Shown: in pieces, positions 27,849 to 41,900 of the stretch
Position numbering within the stretch: position 1 is the first letter of the stretch
Layout: each line of letters starts with the position of its first letter
Assembly (NCBI GenBank): GCA_009914755.4
Contig: CP086569.2
Coordinates: 12,224,001-12,288,000, forward strand
Origin: the human T2T-CHM13v2.0 reference genome, Homo sapiens
Reading direction: 5' to 3'
DNA: 64,000 nt
Made by a program: the position numbers and the translations under genes
Notes under the pieces: model-generated
Database searches by the model: none
What the model saw: only the letters and a program-made list of their open reading frames with translations
What the model was told of the DNA's origin: nothing

Positions 27849-30800
27849 GACTGGCGTGCAATGCAAACGAATGGAATGGAAACGAATGGAATGCAATTGA
27901 AAGGAATGGAGTAGAATAAATACTATGGAATGGAATGGAATGGAATGGAATGGAATGGAATGGAATGGAATGGAATGGAGGAGAAAGGAAAAGAATGGAT
28001 TGGAATGTCACCGAATGGAAAGATATGGAATGGAAAGGAATGGATACGAATGGAATGGAATAGAAAGGAATGGAAAGGTAAAGAATGGAATGGAATCGGA
28101 TAGAATGGAATGCAATATAATGGAGTCGAGTGGAAAATAATCGAGTAGAATGATATCGAATGGAATGGAATTTAATGAAATGGAATGGAATGGAATGGAA
28201 TGGACTCGAATGGAATGTACTCAAATGGATTAGAATAGAATGGAATGGAACTAAACGTAATGAACTCGAATGGAATGGACACAAATAGAATGGAAGAGAA
28301 AGGAATGGTATTGAATGGAATGTATTCGAATAGAATGGAATTCAATGGAATGCAACAGTGTGGCATGGAATCAAATGGAATGGAATCGAATGGAATGGAC
28401 CCGAGTGGAATGGACTCATAGAACAGCCTCGAATGTAATGGATTACAATTTATTAGATTCGAAAGGACTGAAATCGAATGGAATGTAATCAAATAGAACG
28501 GAATTGAATGCATGGAATGGCATAGAAAGAAATGCAATGGAATGGAATAGACTGGAATGGAATGGAATTGGATGGAATGTAATGAAATGTAATGGAAGGA
28601 ATGCCATGGAATGGAATGGAACGGAATGCAATGGGACGGTGTATAATGGAGTGCAATGGATTTCAGTGGAATGTAGTCAAAAGGAATGAAATAGAATGGA
28701 ATTCAATATAATGGAATGGCATCCAATGGCAAGGAATGGAGCGGACTCCAATGGAAACGACATGAAAGGACTATAATATAATGGAATGGCATTGAACGAA
28801 ATGGAATGCAATGGAGTTAAAAGGTAAAATATCGAATGGAAAAGAATTGAATGGACTCGAATGGAATATAATGGAATGGAATGGACTCGAATGGAATGTA
28901 CTAGAGTTGAATGGAATCGAATGGAATGGAAAACAATGGAAAGGAAAGGAAGGGAATTGAAAGTAAAGGAATAGAATGTAATGGAATCGGATGGAACGGA
29001 ATTGAATGGAATGGAAACTAAAGGAATAGAATAGAAAAGAATGGCATTGAATGGAATGGAAAGGAATGGAATCAGATGGAACAGAAAGGAATGGAATAGC
29101 ATCGAATGGAATGGCATCGAATGGTTTAGAATGGAATGTAATGGAATGGAATGGAAAGGAATGGAATGGACTCAAATGGAATGTACTCAAATGGAATAGA
29201 ATAGAATGGAATGGAAGTAAATATAATGGACTCGAGTGGAATGGATTGGAATAAATTGGAATTGAATGTATTGGATTCGAATGGAAAGGAGTGGAATGGA
29301 ATGGAATGGAATGGAATGGATTAGAATGGAATGGAACGAATTGGAATGTAATTGAATGGAGTCGAAAACAGTAGAAAGAAAAGAAGTTTAATCGAATGAT
29401 ATCGAATGGAATTGAATTGAATGTAGGCGAATGGAATGGACTGGAATGGAGTGGAGTGACATGTAATGGAATCGAAAGGAATGGAATCGAATGAAATGGA
29501 ATTGAATGGAATAGAAAGGAATAGAATGGAATGGAGTTTAATGGAAAGATATTAAAAGTAATGGAATGGAATTGAGTGGACACGAATGGAATGGCCTGGA
29601 ATGGAAAGGACTCGAATGAAATGGACGGCAATAGAATGGACTCGAATGGAATGGATTGGAGTGGAATGGTCTCTAATGGATTGGAAACGAATGGAATGGA
29701 AAGGAATAGAATGGAATGTAATCAAATGGAACGAAATGGAATGGAATGGATTCGACTGGAACAGAACTGAATGTAGTGGAATTGAGTGGAATGGAATGTA
29801 ATCGAATGGAATGGACACGAATGGAATAGAATGAAATGAAATGGCATGGAATGGAATGGAATGGAATGGAATGGAATGGAATGGAATGGAATGGAATGGA
29901 ATGGAATGGCATGGCATGGCATGGAATGGAATGGCATGGAATGAAATTGATTGGAATGGGATGGGCCCAAAAGTAATGGACTCACAGAAAAGGGACTGGA
30001 ATAGAATGAATTGGAAGAAACGGTCTCGAATATAATTTATTCGAATAGAATGATATTGAATGGAATGCGATAGTATGGAATGGTATTGAATAGAATGGAA
30101 TAGAATGGAATGGAATGGAACGGAATGGAGTGCATTTGAACGGACTCCAATGCAACAAATTGCAATATAATTGATTCAAATGGAATGGAATCGAATAGAA
30201 TGTAAAAAAATGAAATGGAAGGCAATGCAATGGAAAGGAATCGAATGAAATGGAATAAATGGGATGGAATCGAATGGAAAGGACGCGAATATAATGGACT
30301 GTTAAGGAAAGGTCACGAATCGAATTTATTCCAATAGAATGGAATCGAACGGAATGCAATACTATTGAATCGAATCGAATGGAATGGAATTGAATGGAAT
30401 GGACAGGAATGGAATGAACTGGAAGTGAATGGAAAAGAACGTAATGTAGTGCAATGTAATTTATTCAAATAGAATGGAATGCAATCGAATGGAATGGACT
30501 CGATTGGAATGGACTGGAGTGGAATGGACTGAAATGGAATGGAAAGGAATGTAAGGGAATGGACCGGAAAGCAAAGGAATCTACTGGAATAGAATCGAAC
30601 GGAACAGAAAGGAATGGAATGGAATGGAGTGGAATGGACTCGAATGGAATGTATTCGAATGCAGTGGACCGGAAAGGAATGGAATCCAATGGAATGGAAT
30701 TGAATGGAATCAAAAGGAATAGAAAGGAATAGAGTGTAATTGAATGATATCGAATGGAAGGAAATGGAATGAACTCGAATGGAATGCACTGGAATGGAAT

Positions 30801-33428
30801 GGACTCGATCAGAACGGACTGGAGAGGAATGTACACAAATGGAATGGAAACGAATGGAATGGAATGAAATGGAATGGAATGAAATGGAATTGAAAGGAAC
30901 GGAATCAAATGGAATGGAATGGATTGGAATAGAATGGATTCAAATAAAATAGAATCGATAGGAATGGTATTGAATGGAAGGGACTTGAATGGAATGGAAA
31001 TCAATGGAAGATATCGGAATCGAATGGCATCGAATGAAATGGAATGGAACGGAATGGAACGGACCCGAATGGAATGGAATGGACTGAAATGTAATAGACT
31101 GAAATGTAATGGACTCGAATGGAATCGACTGAAATATAATAGACTCGAAAGGAATGGCCTCCAGCGGAATTTATTTGAATAGAATTGAATCAAATGGAAT
31201 ACAAGAGTATTGAGTGGAACCGAATGGAATGGAATCGAATGGAATGGAACGGAATTCAATATAATGGAGTAGAATGGAATGCATTGGAAAGGAGCAGAGC
31301 GGAATCGAGTGGAATGGAATCGAGTGGAATGGAATCAAAGGGAACGAAATCGAATTGAATGGACTTGAATGGAATTGACTCGAAAGGAATGGACTGGAAC
31401 AAAAAGGAATCAAATGGACAGGAATGGAATGGAATGGACTCGAATGGAATGGAGTCAAATACAAACGCATCGAATGGAATGGATTCAAATGGAATGCAAT
31501 TGAATGGAATAGAAAGGAAGAGAATGGAATTGAGAGTAATGGAAAGATATCGATTGGAATGAAATGGAATGGAAAGGATTTGAATGGAAAGGAATGGACT
31601 CGAAAGAAATGGATTGGAATGGAATGGTCTCCAATGGAATGGACTGGAGTGGAATGGAATCGAATGGAATGAAAAGAATGGAACGGAATGGAACGGAAAG
31701 GAATAGAATGTTATGGAATCCGATTGGACAGAATGGAATGGAATGGACTTTCATGAAATGGAGTCGAATAGAGTGGCATCAAAAGGAATGGAATGGAATG
31801 GAGTGGACTCAAAAGGAACGGACTCGAAAGGAATGGAGTCGAAGCAAATTGAATCAAATGGATTGGAGTCGAACAGAATGGAATGGAATGGAATGAACTC
31901 GACTGGAGTAGAGAGGAATGTAAAGGAATAGAATGGAATGTAATCAAATGGATTGCAAGTGAATGGAATCAAAAATAATAGAAAGGAATGGAGTGTAAAG
32001 GGATGATATTGAATAAAATGGAATGGAATGGAAGTTAATGGAATGGAGTCGAAGGAATGGACAGGAATGTAATGGACTCCAATGGAATGGAATGGATGAA
32101 AATGGATTTGAACAGATTGGAATCGAATGGAATGGAATGCAATGGAATGGAATGGACTCGAATGGAGAAGAGACAAATGGAATGGAAACGAATTCAATGG
32201 AATTGAAAAGAATAGAATGGAATGGCCTGTAATGGTAAGATACTAAATGGAATGGAATTGAATGGAATGTAGTGGAATGGACCCAAATGTAATGCAGTCG
32301 AATGGAATATACTGAAATAGAATGGAATCGAAAGGAAAGGTCTCAAATGGAATTTATTCAATACAATGGAATCGAATGGAATGCAATAGAATGGAAAGGA
32401 ATCGAATGTAATGGAATCAAATAGAATGGACCGGAATGGAATGGACTGTCATAGAACGGACTGCAGTGTAATGGATTGAATTCTAATTCATTCAAATGGA
32501 ATGGAATGGAATGGAATGGAATCCAATGGAATGGATAGGATTGTACTGGAATGGAATAGCATGGAATGCAACGGAGTGGAATGGAGTTGAATGAAGTGGA
32601 ATGGAATCGATTGGAATGGAATCAAATGGAATGGACGGGAATGGAATGGACTGGAAGAGAACAGACTCGAATATAATGGATTGCAATGTAATTGATTCAA
32701 ATGGAATGGAATCGAATGGAATGTCATAAAATTGAAGGGATTGGAGTTCAATGCAATGGAATAGAATGGAATGCAAAGGAAAGGAAAGGCACGGAGTGAA
32801 ATCGAGTGTAATGGAATCGAATGGAATGAAATCGAATGGAATGGACTCAAAAGAAATGGCCGAGGGACAAAACGGAATCAAACTGATTGGAATCGAATGG
32901 AACGGAATGGAATGGAATGGTCTCCATTGGATGGGAGTAGAACGGATTGGAATGGAATGGAATGAAATAGAATGGAAAGGAATAGAATGGAATGGAAAGG
33001 AATGGAAGGTAATGGAAAGATATCGAACGGATTGGAAAGGAATGGAATGCACGCTAATGGAATGGAATGGAATTCAACAGAAACGAATGGAATGGACTGG
33101 AGTGAAATGGAGTCGAATGTAATTGACTGGAGAGGAATGGACTCGAAAGGAATGGACTCGAATAGAATGGACTGGAATGGATTGTACTCGAATGGAGTGG
33201 AAAGGAATAAAATGGATTCCACCAGATTGGAATGGAACAGAATGTAATGCAATGGAATGGAATGCAATGGAATGGCTCGAATGGAATGGAGTCGAATGCA
33301 ATGGAAGAGAAAGGAAAGGAATTGAATGGAATTGAAAGTAATAGAATTAAATGGAGGGCAAAGGAAAGATATGGAATGGAATGGATCGAAAAGAAATAGA
33401 ATGGAATGGACAGGAATGGAATGGAATA
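27849..33428 (+). repeat. HOR copy 6 (~5580 bp), subtype A2 with a transitional junction landmark
   Basis: Landmark at 27849 now reads 'caatgcaaacg' (B-like) but keeps 'taaatactatgg' (A-like); GGGCCC at ~29964; the longest pure (GGAAT)n tract in the window lies here (29846-29909). Confidence 0.85.
29846..29909 (+). repeat. Pure (GGAAT)~13 microsatellite-like tract; its length varies between HOR copies
   Basis: An uninterrupted 'atgg(aatgg)12' run flanked by 'ggcatgg' variants. The homologous tract is ~8 units in copy 1 (2133-2176), ~3 in copy 8 (~40.98 kb), ~7 in copy 9 (46527-46561), ~12 in copy 10 (52071-52131) and ~10 in copy 11 (57643-57691). Confidence 0.8.
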
Positions 33429-36400
33429 GACTGGCGTGCAATGCAAACGAATGGAATGGAAATGAATGCAATGGAATGGGAAGGAAAGGAGTAGAATAAA
33501 TATTATGGAATGGAATGGAATGGAATGGAATGGAATGGAATGGAATGGAATGGAGGAGAAAGGAAAAGAATGGATTGGAATGTCACCGAATGGAAAGATA
33601 TGGAATGGAAAGGAATGGATACGAATGGAATGGAATAGAAAGGAACGGAAAGGTAAAGAATGGAATGGAATCGGATAGAATGGAATGCAATATAATGGAG
33701 TCGAACGGAAAATAATCGAGTAGAATGATATCGAATGGAATGGAATTTAATGGAATGGAATGGAATGGACTCGAATGGAATGTACTCAAATGGATTAGAA
33801 GAGAATGGAATGGAACTAAACGTAATGAACTCGAATGGAATGGACACAAATAGAATGGAAGAGAAAGGAATGGTATTGAATGGAATGTATTCGAATAGAA
33901 CGGAATTCAATGGAATGCAACAGTGTGGCATGGAATCAAATGGAATGGAATCGAATGGAATGGACCCGAGTGGAATGGACTCATAGAACAGCCTCGAATG
34001 TAATGGATTACAATGTATTAGATTCGAAAGGACTGAAATCGAATGGAATGTAATCAAATAGAACGGAATTGAATGCATGGAATGGCATAGAAAGTAATGC
34101 AATGGAATGGAATAGACTGGAATGGAATGGAATCGGATGGAATGGAATGAAATGTAATGGAAGGAATGCCATGGAATGGAATGGAATGGAATGCAATGGG
34201 ATGGTGTATAATGGAGTGCAATGGATTTCAGGGGAATGTAGTGAAAAGGAATGAAATAGAATGGAATTCAATATAATGGAATGGCATCCAATGGCAAGGA
34301 ATGGAGCGGACTCCAATGGAAACGACATGAAAGGACTATAATATAATGGAATGGCATTGAACGAAATGGAATGCAATGGAGTTAAAAGGTAAAATATCGA
34401 ATGAAAAGAATTGAGTGGACTCGAATGGAATATAATGGAATGGAATGGACTTGAATGGAATGTAGTAGAGGTGAATGGAATCGCATGGAATGGAAAACAA
34501 TGGAAAGGAAAGGAAGGGAATTGAAAGTAAATGAATAGAATGGAATGGAATCGGATGGAACGGAATTGAATGGAATGGAAACTAAAGGAATAGAATAGAA
34601 AGGAATGGCATTGAATGGAATGGAAAGGAATGGAATCAGATGGAACAGAAAGGAATGGAATAGAATCGAATGGAATGGCATTGAATGGTCTGGAATGGAA
34701 TGTAATGGAATGGAATGGAAAGGAATGGAATGGACTCAAATGGAATGTACTCAAATGGAATTGAATAGAATGGAATGGAAGTAAATATAATGGACTCGAG
34801 TGGAATGGATTGGAATAAATTGGAATTGAATGTATTGGATTCGAATGGAAAGGAATGGAATAGAATGGAATGGAATGGAATGGAATGGAATGGATTAGAA
34901 TGGAATGGAACGAATTGGAATGTAATTGAATGGAGTCGAAAACAGTAGAAAGAAAAGAAGTTTAATCGAATGATATCGAATGGAATTGAATGGAATGTAG
35001 GCGAATGGAATGGACTGGAATGGAGTGGAGTGACATGTAATGGAATCGAAAGGAATGGAATCGAATGAAATGGAATTGAATGGAATAGAAAGGAATAGAA
35101 TGGAATGGAGTTTAATGGAAAGATATTAAAAGTAATGGAATGGAATTGAGTGGACACGAATGGAATGGACTGGAATGGAAAGGACTCGAATGAAATGGAC
35201 TGCATTAGAATGGACTCGAATGGAATGGATTGGAGTGGAATGGTCTCTAATGGATTGGAAACGAATGGAATGGAAAGGAATAGAATGGAATGTAATGAAA
35301 TGGAACGAAATGTAATGGAATGGATTAGACTGGAACAGAACTGAATGTAGTGGAATTGAGTGGAATGGAATGCAATCGAATGGAATGGACACGAATGGAA
35401 TAGAATGAAATGAAATGGCATGGAATGGAATGGAATGGAATGGAATGGAATGGAATGGAATGGAATGGCATGGCATGGAATGGAATGGAATGGCATGGAA
35501 TGAAATTGATTGGAATGGGATGGGCCCAAAAGTAATGGACTCACAGAAAAGGGACTCAAATAGAATGAATTGGAAAGAAACGGTCTCGAATGTAATTTAT
35601 TCGAATAGAATGATATTGAATGGAATGCGATAGAATGGAATGGTATTGAATAGAATGGAGTAGAATGGAATGGAATGGAACGGAATGGAGTGCATTTGAA
35701 CGGACTCCAATGCAACAAATTGCAATATAATTGGTTCAAATGGAATGGAATCGAATAGAATGTAAACAAATGAAATGGAAGGCAATGCAATGGAAAGGAA
35801 TCGAATGAAATGGAATAAATGGGATGGAATCGAATGGAAAGGACGCGAATATAATGGACTGTTAAGGAAAGGTCTCGAATCGAATTTATTCCAATAGAAT
35901 GGAATCGAACGGAATGCAATACTATTGAATCGAATCGAATGGAATGGAATTGAATGGAATGGACAGGAATGGAATGAACTGGAAGTGAATGGAAAAGAAC
36001 GTAATACAGTGCAATGTAATTTATTCAAATGGAATGGAATGCAATCGAATGGAATGGACTCGATTGGAATGGACTGGAGTGGAATGGACTGAAATGGAAT
36101 GGAAAGGAAAGTAATGGAATGGAACGGAAAGCAAAGGAATCTACTGGAATAGAATCGAACGGAACAGAAAGGAATGGAATGGAATGGAGTGGAATGGACT
36201 CGAATGGAATGTATTCGAATGTAATGGACCGGAAAGGAATGGAATCCAATGGAATGGAATTGAATGGAATCAAAAGGAATAGAAAGGAATGGAGGGTAGT
36301 TGAATGATATCGAATGGAAGGAAATGGAATGAACTCGAATGGAATGCACTGGAATGGAATGGACTCGATCAGAACGGACTGGAGAGGAATGTACATAAAT

Positions 36401-38968
36401 GGAATGGAAACGAATGGAATGGAATGAAACGGAATGGAATGAAATGGAATTGAAAGGAACGGAATCAAATGGAATGGAATGGATTGGAATAGAATGGATT
36501 CAAATAAAATAGAATCGATTGGAATGGTATTGAATGGAAAGGACTTGAATGGAATGGAAATCAATGGAAGATATTGGAATCGAATGGCATCGAATGAAAT
36601 GGAATGGAACGGAATGCAACAGACCCGAATGGAATGGAATGGACTGAAATGTAATGGACTCGAATGGAATCGACTGAAATATAATAGACTCGAAAGGAAT
36701 GGCCTCCAGCGGAATTTATTTGAATAGAATTGAATCAAATGGAATACAAGAGTTTTGAATGGAATCGAATGGAATGGAATCGAATGGAATGGAACGGAAT
36801 TCAATATAATGGAGTAGAATGGAATGCATTGGAAAGGAGCAGAATGGAATCGAGTGGAATGGAATCGAGTGGAATGGAATCAAAGGGAACGAAATCGAAT
36901 TGAATGGACTTGAATGGAATTGACTCGAAAGGAATGGACTGGAACAAAAAGGAATCAAATGGACAGGAATGGAATGGAATGGACTCGAATGGAATGGAGT
37001 CAAATACAAACGCATCGAATGGAATGGATTCAAATGGAATGCAATTGAATGGAATAGAAAGGAAGAGAATGGAATTGAGAGTAATGGAAAGATATCGATT
37101 GGAATGAAATGGAATGGAAAGGAATTGAATGGAAAGGAATGGACTCGAAAGAAATGGATTGGAATGGAATGGTCTCCAATGGAATGGACTGGGGTGGAAT
37201 GGAATCGAATGGAATGAAAAGAATGGAACGGAATGGAACGGAAAGGAATAGAAAGTTATGGAATCCGATGGGACAGAATGGAATGGAATGGACTTTCATG
37301 AAATGGAGTCGAATAGAGAGGCATCAAAAGGAATGGAATGGAATGGAGTGGACTGAAAAGGAATGGACTCAAAAGGAATGGAGTCGAAGCAAATTGAATC
37401 AAATGGATTGGAGTCGAACAGTACGGAATGGAATGGAATGAACTCGACTGGAGTAGAGAGGAATGTAAAGGAATAGAATGGAATGTAATCAAATGGATTG
37501 CAAGCGAATGGAATCAAAAATAATAGAAAGGAATGGAGTGTAAAGGGATGATATTGAATAAAATGGAATGGAATGGAATTTAATGGAATGGAGTCGAAGG
37601 AATGGACAGGAATGTAATGGATTCCAATGGAATGGAATGGATGAAAATGGATTTGAACAGATTGGTATCGAACGGAATGGAATGCAGTGGAATGGAATGG
37701 ACTCGAATGGAGAAGAGACAAATGGAATGGAAACGAATTCAATGTAATTGAAAAGAATAGAATGGAATGGCGTGTAATGGTAAGATACTAAATGGAATGG
37801 AATTGAATGGAATGTAATGGAATGGAACCAAATGTAATGCACTCAAATGGAATATACTCAAATAGAATGGAATCGAAAGGAAAGGTCTCCAATGGAATTT
37901 ATTCAATACAATGGAATCAAAAGAAATGCAATAGAAAGGAAAGGAGTCGAATGTAATGGAATCAAATAGTATGGACCAGAATGGAATGCACTGCCATAGA
38001 ACGGACTGCAGTGTAATGGATTGAATTCTAATTCATTCAAATGGAATGGAATTGAATGGAATGGAATCCAATGGAATGGATAGGATTGTACTGGAATGGA
38101 ATAGCATGGAATGCAACGGAGTGGAATGGAGTTGAATGAAGTGGAATGGAATCGATTGGAATGGAATCAAATGGAATGGACGGGAATGGAATGGACTGGA
38201 AGAGAACAGACTCGAATATAATGGATTGCAATGTAATTGATTCAAATGGAATGGAATCGAATGGAATGTCATAAAATTGAAGGGATTGGAGTTCAATGCA
38301 ATGGAATAGAATGGAATGCAAAGGAAAGGAAAGGCACGGAGTGAAATCGAGTGCAATGGAATCGAATGGAATGAAATGGAATGGAATGGACTCAAAAGAA
38401 ATGGACGAGGGACAAAACGGAATCAAACTGATTGGAATGGAATGGAAGGGAATGGAATGGAATGGTCTCCATTGGATGGGAGTAGAACGGATTGGAATGG
38501 AATGGAATGAAATGGAATGGAAAGGAATAGAATGGAATGGAATGGAATGGAAGGTAATGGAAAGATATCAAACGGATTGGAAAGGAATGGAATGGACCCT
38601 AATGGAATGGAATGGAATTCAACAGAAAGGAATGGAATGGACTGGAGTGAAATGGAGTCGAATGTAATTGAGTGGAGAGGAATGGACTCGAAAGGAATGG
38701 ACTCGAATAGAATGGACTGGAATGGATTGTACTCGAATGGAGTGGAAAGGAATAAAATGGATTCCACCAGATTGGAATGGAACAGAATGTAATGGAATGG
38801 AATGGAATGCAATGGAATGGCTCGAATGCAATGGAAGAGAAAGGAAAGGAATTGAATGGTATTGAAAGTAATAGAATTAAATGGAGTGCAAAGGAAAGAT
38901 ATCGAACGGAATGGATCGAAAAGAAATAGAACGGAATGGACCGGAATGGAATGGAATTGAATGGAATA
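33429..38968 (+). repeat. HOR copy 7 (~5540 bp), chimeric: A2-type 5' part, B-type 3' part
   Basis: GGGCCC present at ~35521 (A trait). From ~37.24 kb onward the B-type diagnostic variants appear ('ggaatagaaagttatggaatccgatgggacag', 'caaatagtatggaccag'; ORFs 37109.., 38296.. match the B-type ORFs 48222.., 43871..). Confidence 0.8.
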
Positions 38969-41900
38969 GACTGGCGTGCAATGCAAACGAATGGAATGGA
39001 AACGAATGGAATGGAATGGAAAGGAATGGAGTAGAATAAATACAATGGAATGGAATGGAATGGAGGCGAAAGGAAAAGAATGGATTGGAGTGTCACCGAA
39101 TGGAAAGATATGGAATGGAAAGGAATGGATACGAATGGAATGGAATAGAGAGGAACGGAAAGGTAAAGAATGGAATGGAGTCGGATAGAATGGAATGCAA
39201 TGTAATGGAGTCAAATGGAAAATAATCGAGTAGAATGATATCGAACGGAATGGAATTTAATAGAATGGAATGGAATGGAATGGACTCGAATGGAATGTAC
39301 TCAAATGGATTAGAATAGAATGGAGTGGAAATAAACGTAGTGAACTCGAATGGAATGGACACTAATAGAATGGAAGAGAAAGGAATGGTATTGAATGGAA
39401 TTTATTCGAATAGAATGGAATTCAACGGAATGCAACAGTGTGGCATGGAATCAAATGGAATGGAATCGAATGGCATGGACCCGAGTGGAATGGACTCACA
39501 TAGAAGAGCCTCGAATGTAATGGATTACAATGTATTAGATTCGAAAGGACTGAAATCGAATGGAATGTAATCAAATAGAACGGAACTGAATGCGTGGAAT
39601 GGCATAGAAAGTAATACAAAGGAATGGAATAGACTGGAAAGGAATGGAATCGGATGGAATGCAATGAAATGTAATGGAAGGAATGCCATGCAATGGAATG
39701 GAATGCAATGCAATGGGACGGTGTATAATGGAGTGCAATGGATTTCAGTGGAATGTAGTCAAAAGGAATGAAATAGAATGGAATTCAATATAATGGAATG
39801 GCATCCAATGGCAAGGGATGGAGCGGAGTCCAATGGAAACATGAAAGGAATATAATATAATGGAATGGCATTGAACGAAATGGAATGCAATGGAGTTAAA
39901 AGGTAAAATATCGAATGGAAAAGAATTGTATGGACTCGAATGGAATATAATGAAATGGAATGGACTCGAATGGAATGTACTAGAGTTAAATGGAATCGAA
40001 AGGAATTTAAAACAATGGAAAGGAAAGGAAGGGAATTGAAAGGAACGGAATAGAATGGAATGGAATCGGATGGAACGGAATTGAATGGAATGGAAACTAA
40101 AGGAATAGAATAGAAAGGAATGCCATTGAATGGAATGGAATGGAATGGAATGGAATAAGATGGAACAGAATGGAATGGAATAGAATTGAATGGAATGGCA
40201 TCGAATGGATTGGAATGGAATGTAATGGAATGGAATGGAAAGGAATGGAATGGACTCGAATGGAATGTACTGAAATGGAGTAGAATAGAATGGAATGGAA
40301 GTAAATATAATGGATTCGAGTGGAATGGATTGGAATAAATTGGAATTGAATGTATTGGATTCGAATGGAAAGGAATGGAATGGAATGGAATGGAATGGAA
40401 TGGAATGGAATGGAATGGAATGGATTCGAATGGAATGGAACGAATTGGAATGTAATTGAATGGAGTCGAAAACAGTAGAAAGAAAAGAAGTTTAATCGAA
40501 TGATATAGAATGGAATTGAATGGAATGTGCGTGAATGGAATGGACTGGAATGGAATGGAGTGACATGTAATGGAATCGAAAGGAATGGAATCGAATGAAA
40601 TGGAATTGAATGGATTAGAAAGGAATAGAATGGAATGGAGTTTAATGGAAAGATATTAAAAGTAATGGAATGGAATTGAGTGGACACAAATGGAATGGAC
40701 TGGAATGGAAAGGACTCGAATGAAATGGAGCGCATTAGAATGGACTCGAAAGGAATGGATTGGAGTGGAATGGTCTCGAATGGATTGGAAACGAATGTAA
40801 TGGAAAGGAATAGAATGGAATGTAATCAACTGGAAAGAAATGTAATTGAATGGGTTCAACTGGAACAGAGTTGAATGGAGTGGAATTGAATGGAATGGAA
40901 TGCAATCGAATGGAATGCACACGAATGGAATAGAATGAAATGAAATGGCATAGAATTTAGTGGAATGGAATGAAATGGAATGGAATTGAATGGAATGGAA
41001 TGGAATGGCATGGAATGGCATGGAATGGTATGGAATGAAATGGATTGGAATGGGATGTTCCCAAAAGTAATGGACTCAAATAAAAGGGACTCAAATAGAA
41101 TGAATTGGAAAGAAATGGTCTCGAATGTAATTTATTCGAATAGAATGATATTGAATGGAATGCAATAATATGGAATGGTATCGAATAGAATGGAATAGAA
41201 TGGAATGGAATGGAACGGTATGGAGTGCATTTGAACGGACTCCAATGCAATAAATTGCAATATAATTGATTCAAATGGAATGGAATCGAATAGAATGTAA
41301 ACAAATGGAATGGAAGGCAATGCAATGGAAAGGAATCGAATGAAATGGAATAAATGGGATGGAATCGAATGGAAAGGACGCGAATGTAATGGACTGTTAA
41401 GGAAAGGCCTCGAATCGAATTTATTCCGATAGAATGGAATCGAATGGAATGCAATACTATTGAATCGAATCAAATGGAATGGAATTGAATGGAATGGACA
41501 GGAATGGAATGAACTGGAAGTGAATGGACAAGAACGTAATATAGTGCAATGTAATTTATTCAAATGGAATGGAATGCAATCGAATGGAATGGACTCGATT
41601 GGAATGGACTGGAGTGGAATGGACTGAAATGGAATGGAAACGAATGTAATGGAAAGGAACGGAATGCAAAGGAATCTACTGTAATAGAAACGAACGGAAC
41701 AGAAAGGAATGGAATGGAATGGAGTGGAATGGACTCGAATGGAATGTATTCGAATGTAATGGACCGGAAAGGAATGGAATCCAATGGAATGGAATTGAAT
41801 GCAATCAAAAGGAATAGAAAGGAATAGAGTGTAATTGAATGATATCGAATGGAAGGGAATGGAATGAAGTCGAATGGAATGCACTGGAATGGAATGGACA

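Noticed and set aside
34636-35919. Long ORFs in the six-frame track (e.g. 427 aa at 34636..35919 on the - strand, 430 aa at 41132..42424 on the - strand, and many + strand ORFs beginning MEWNGMEWNG)
   Set aside because: (GGAAT)n has no stop codon in any + frame (GGA-ATG-GAA-TGG-AAT repeating) or - frame (ATT-CCA-TTC-CAT-TCC, IPFHS). ATG occurs every 5 bp, so long ORFs are guaranteed. The translations are low-complexity periodic strings, overlap in several frames on both strands, and repeat once per HOR. They are not genes.
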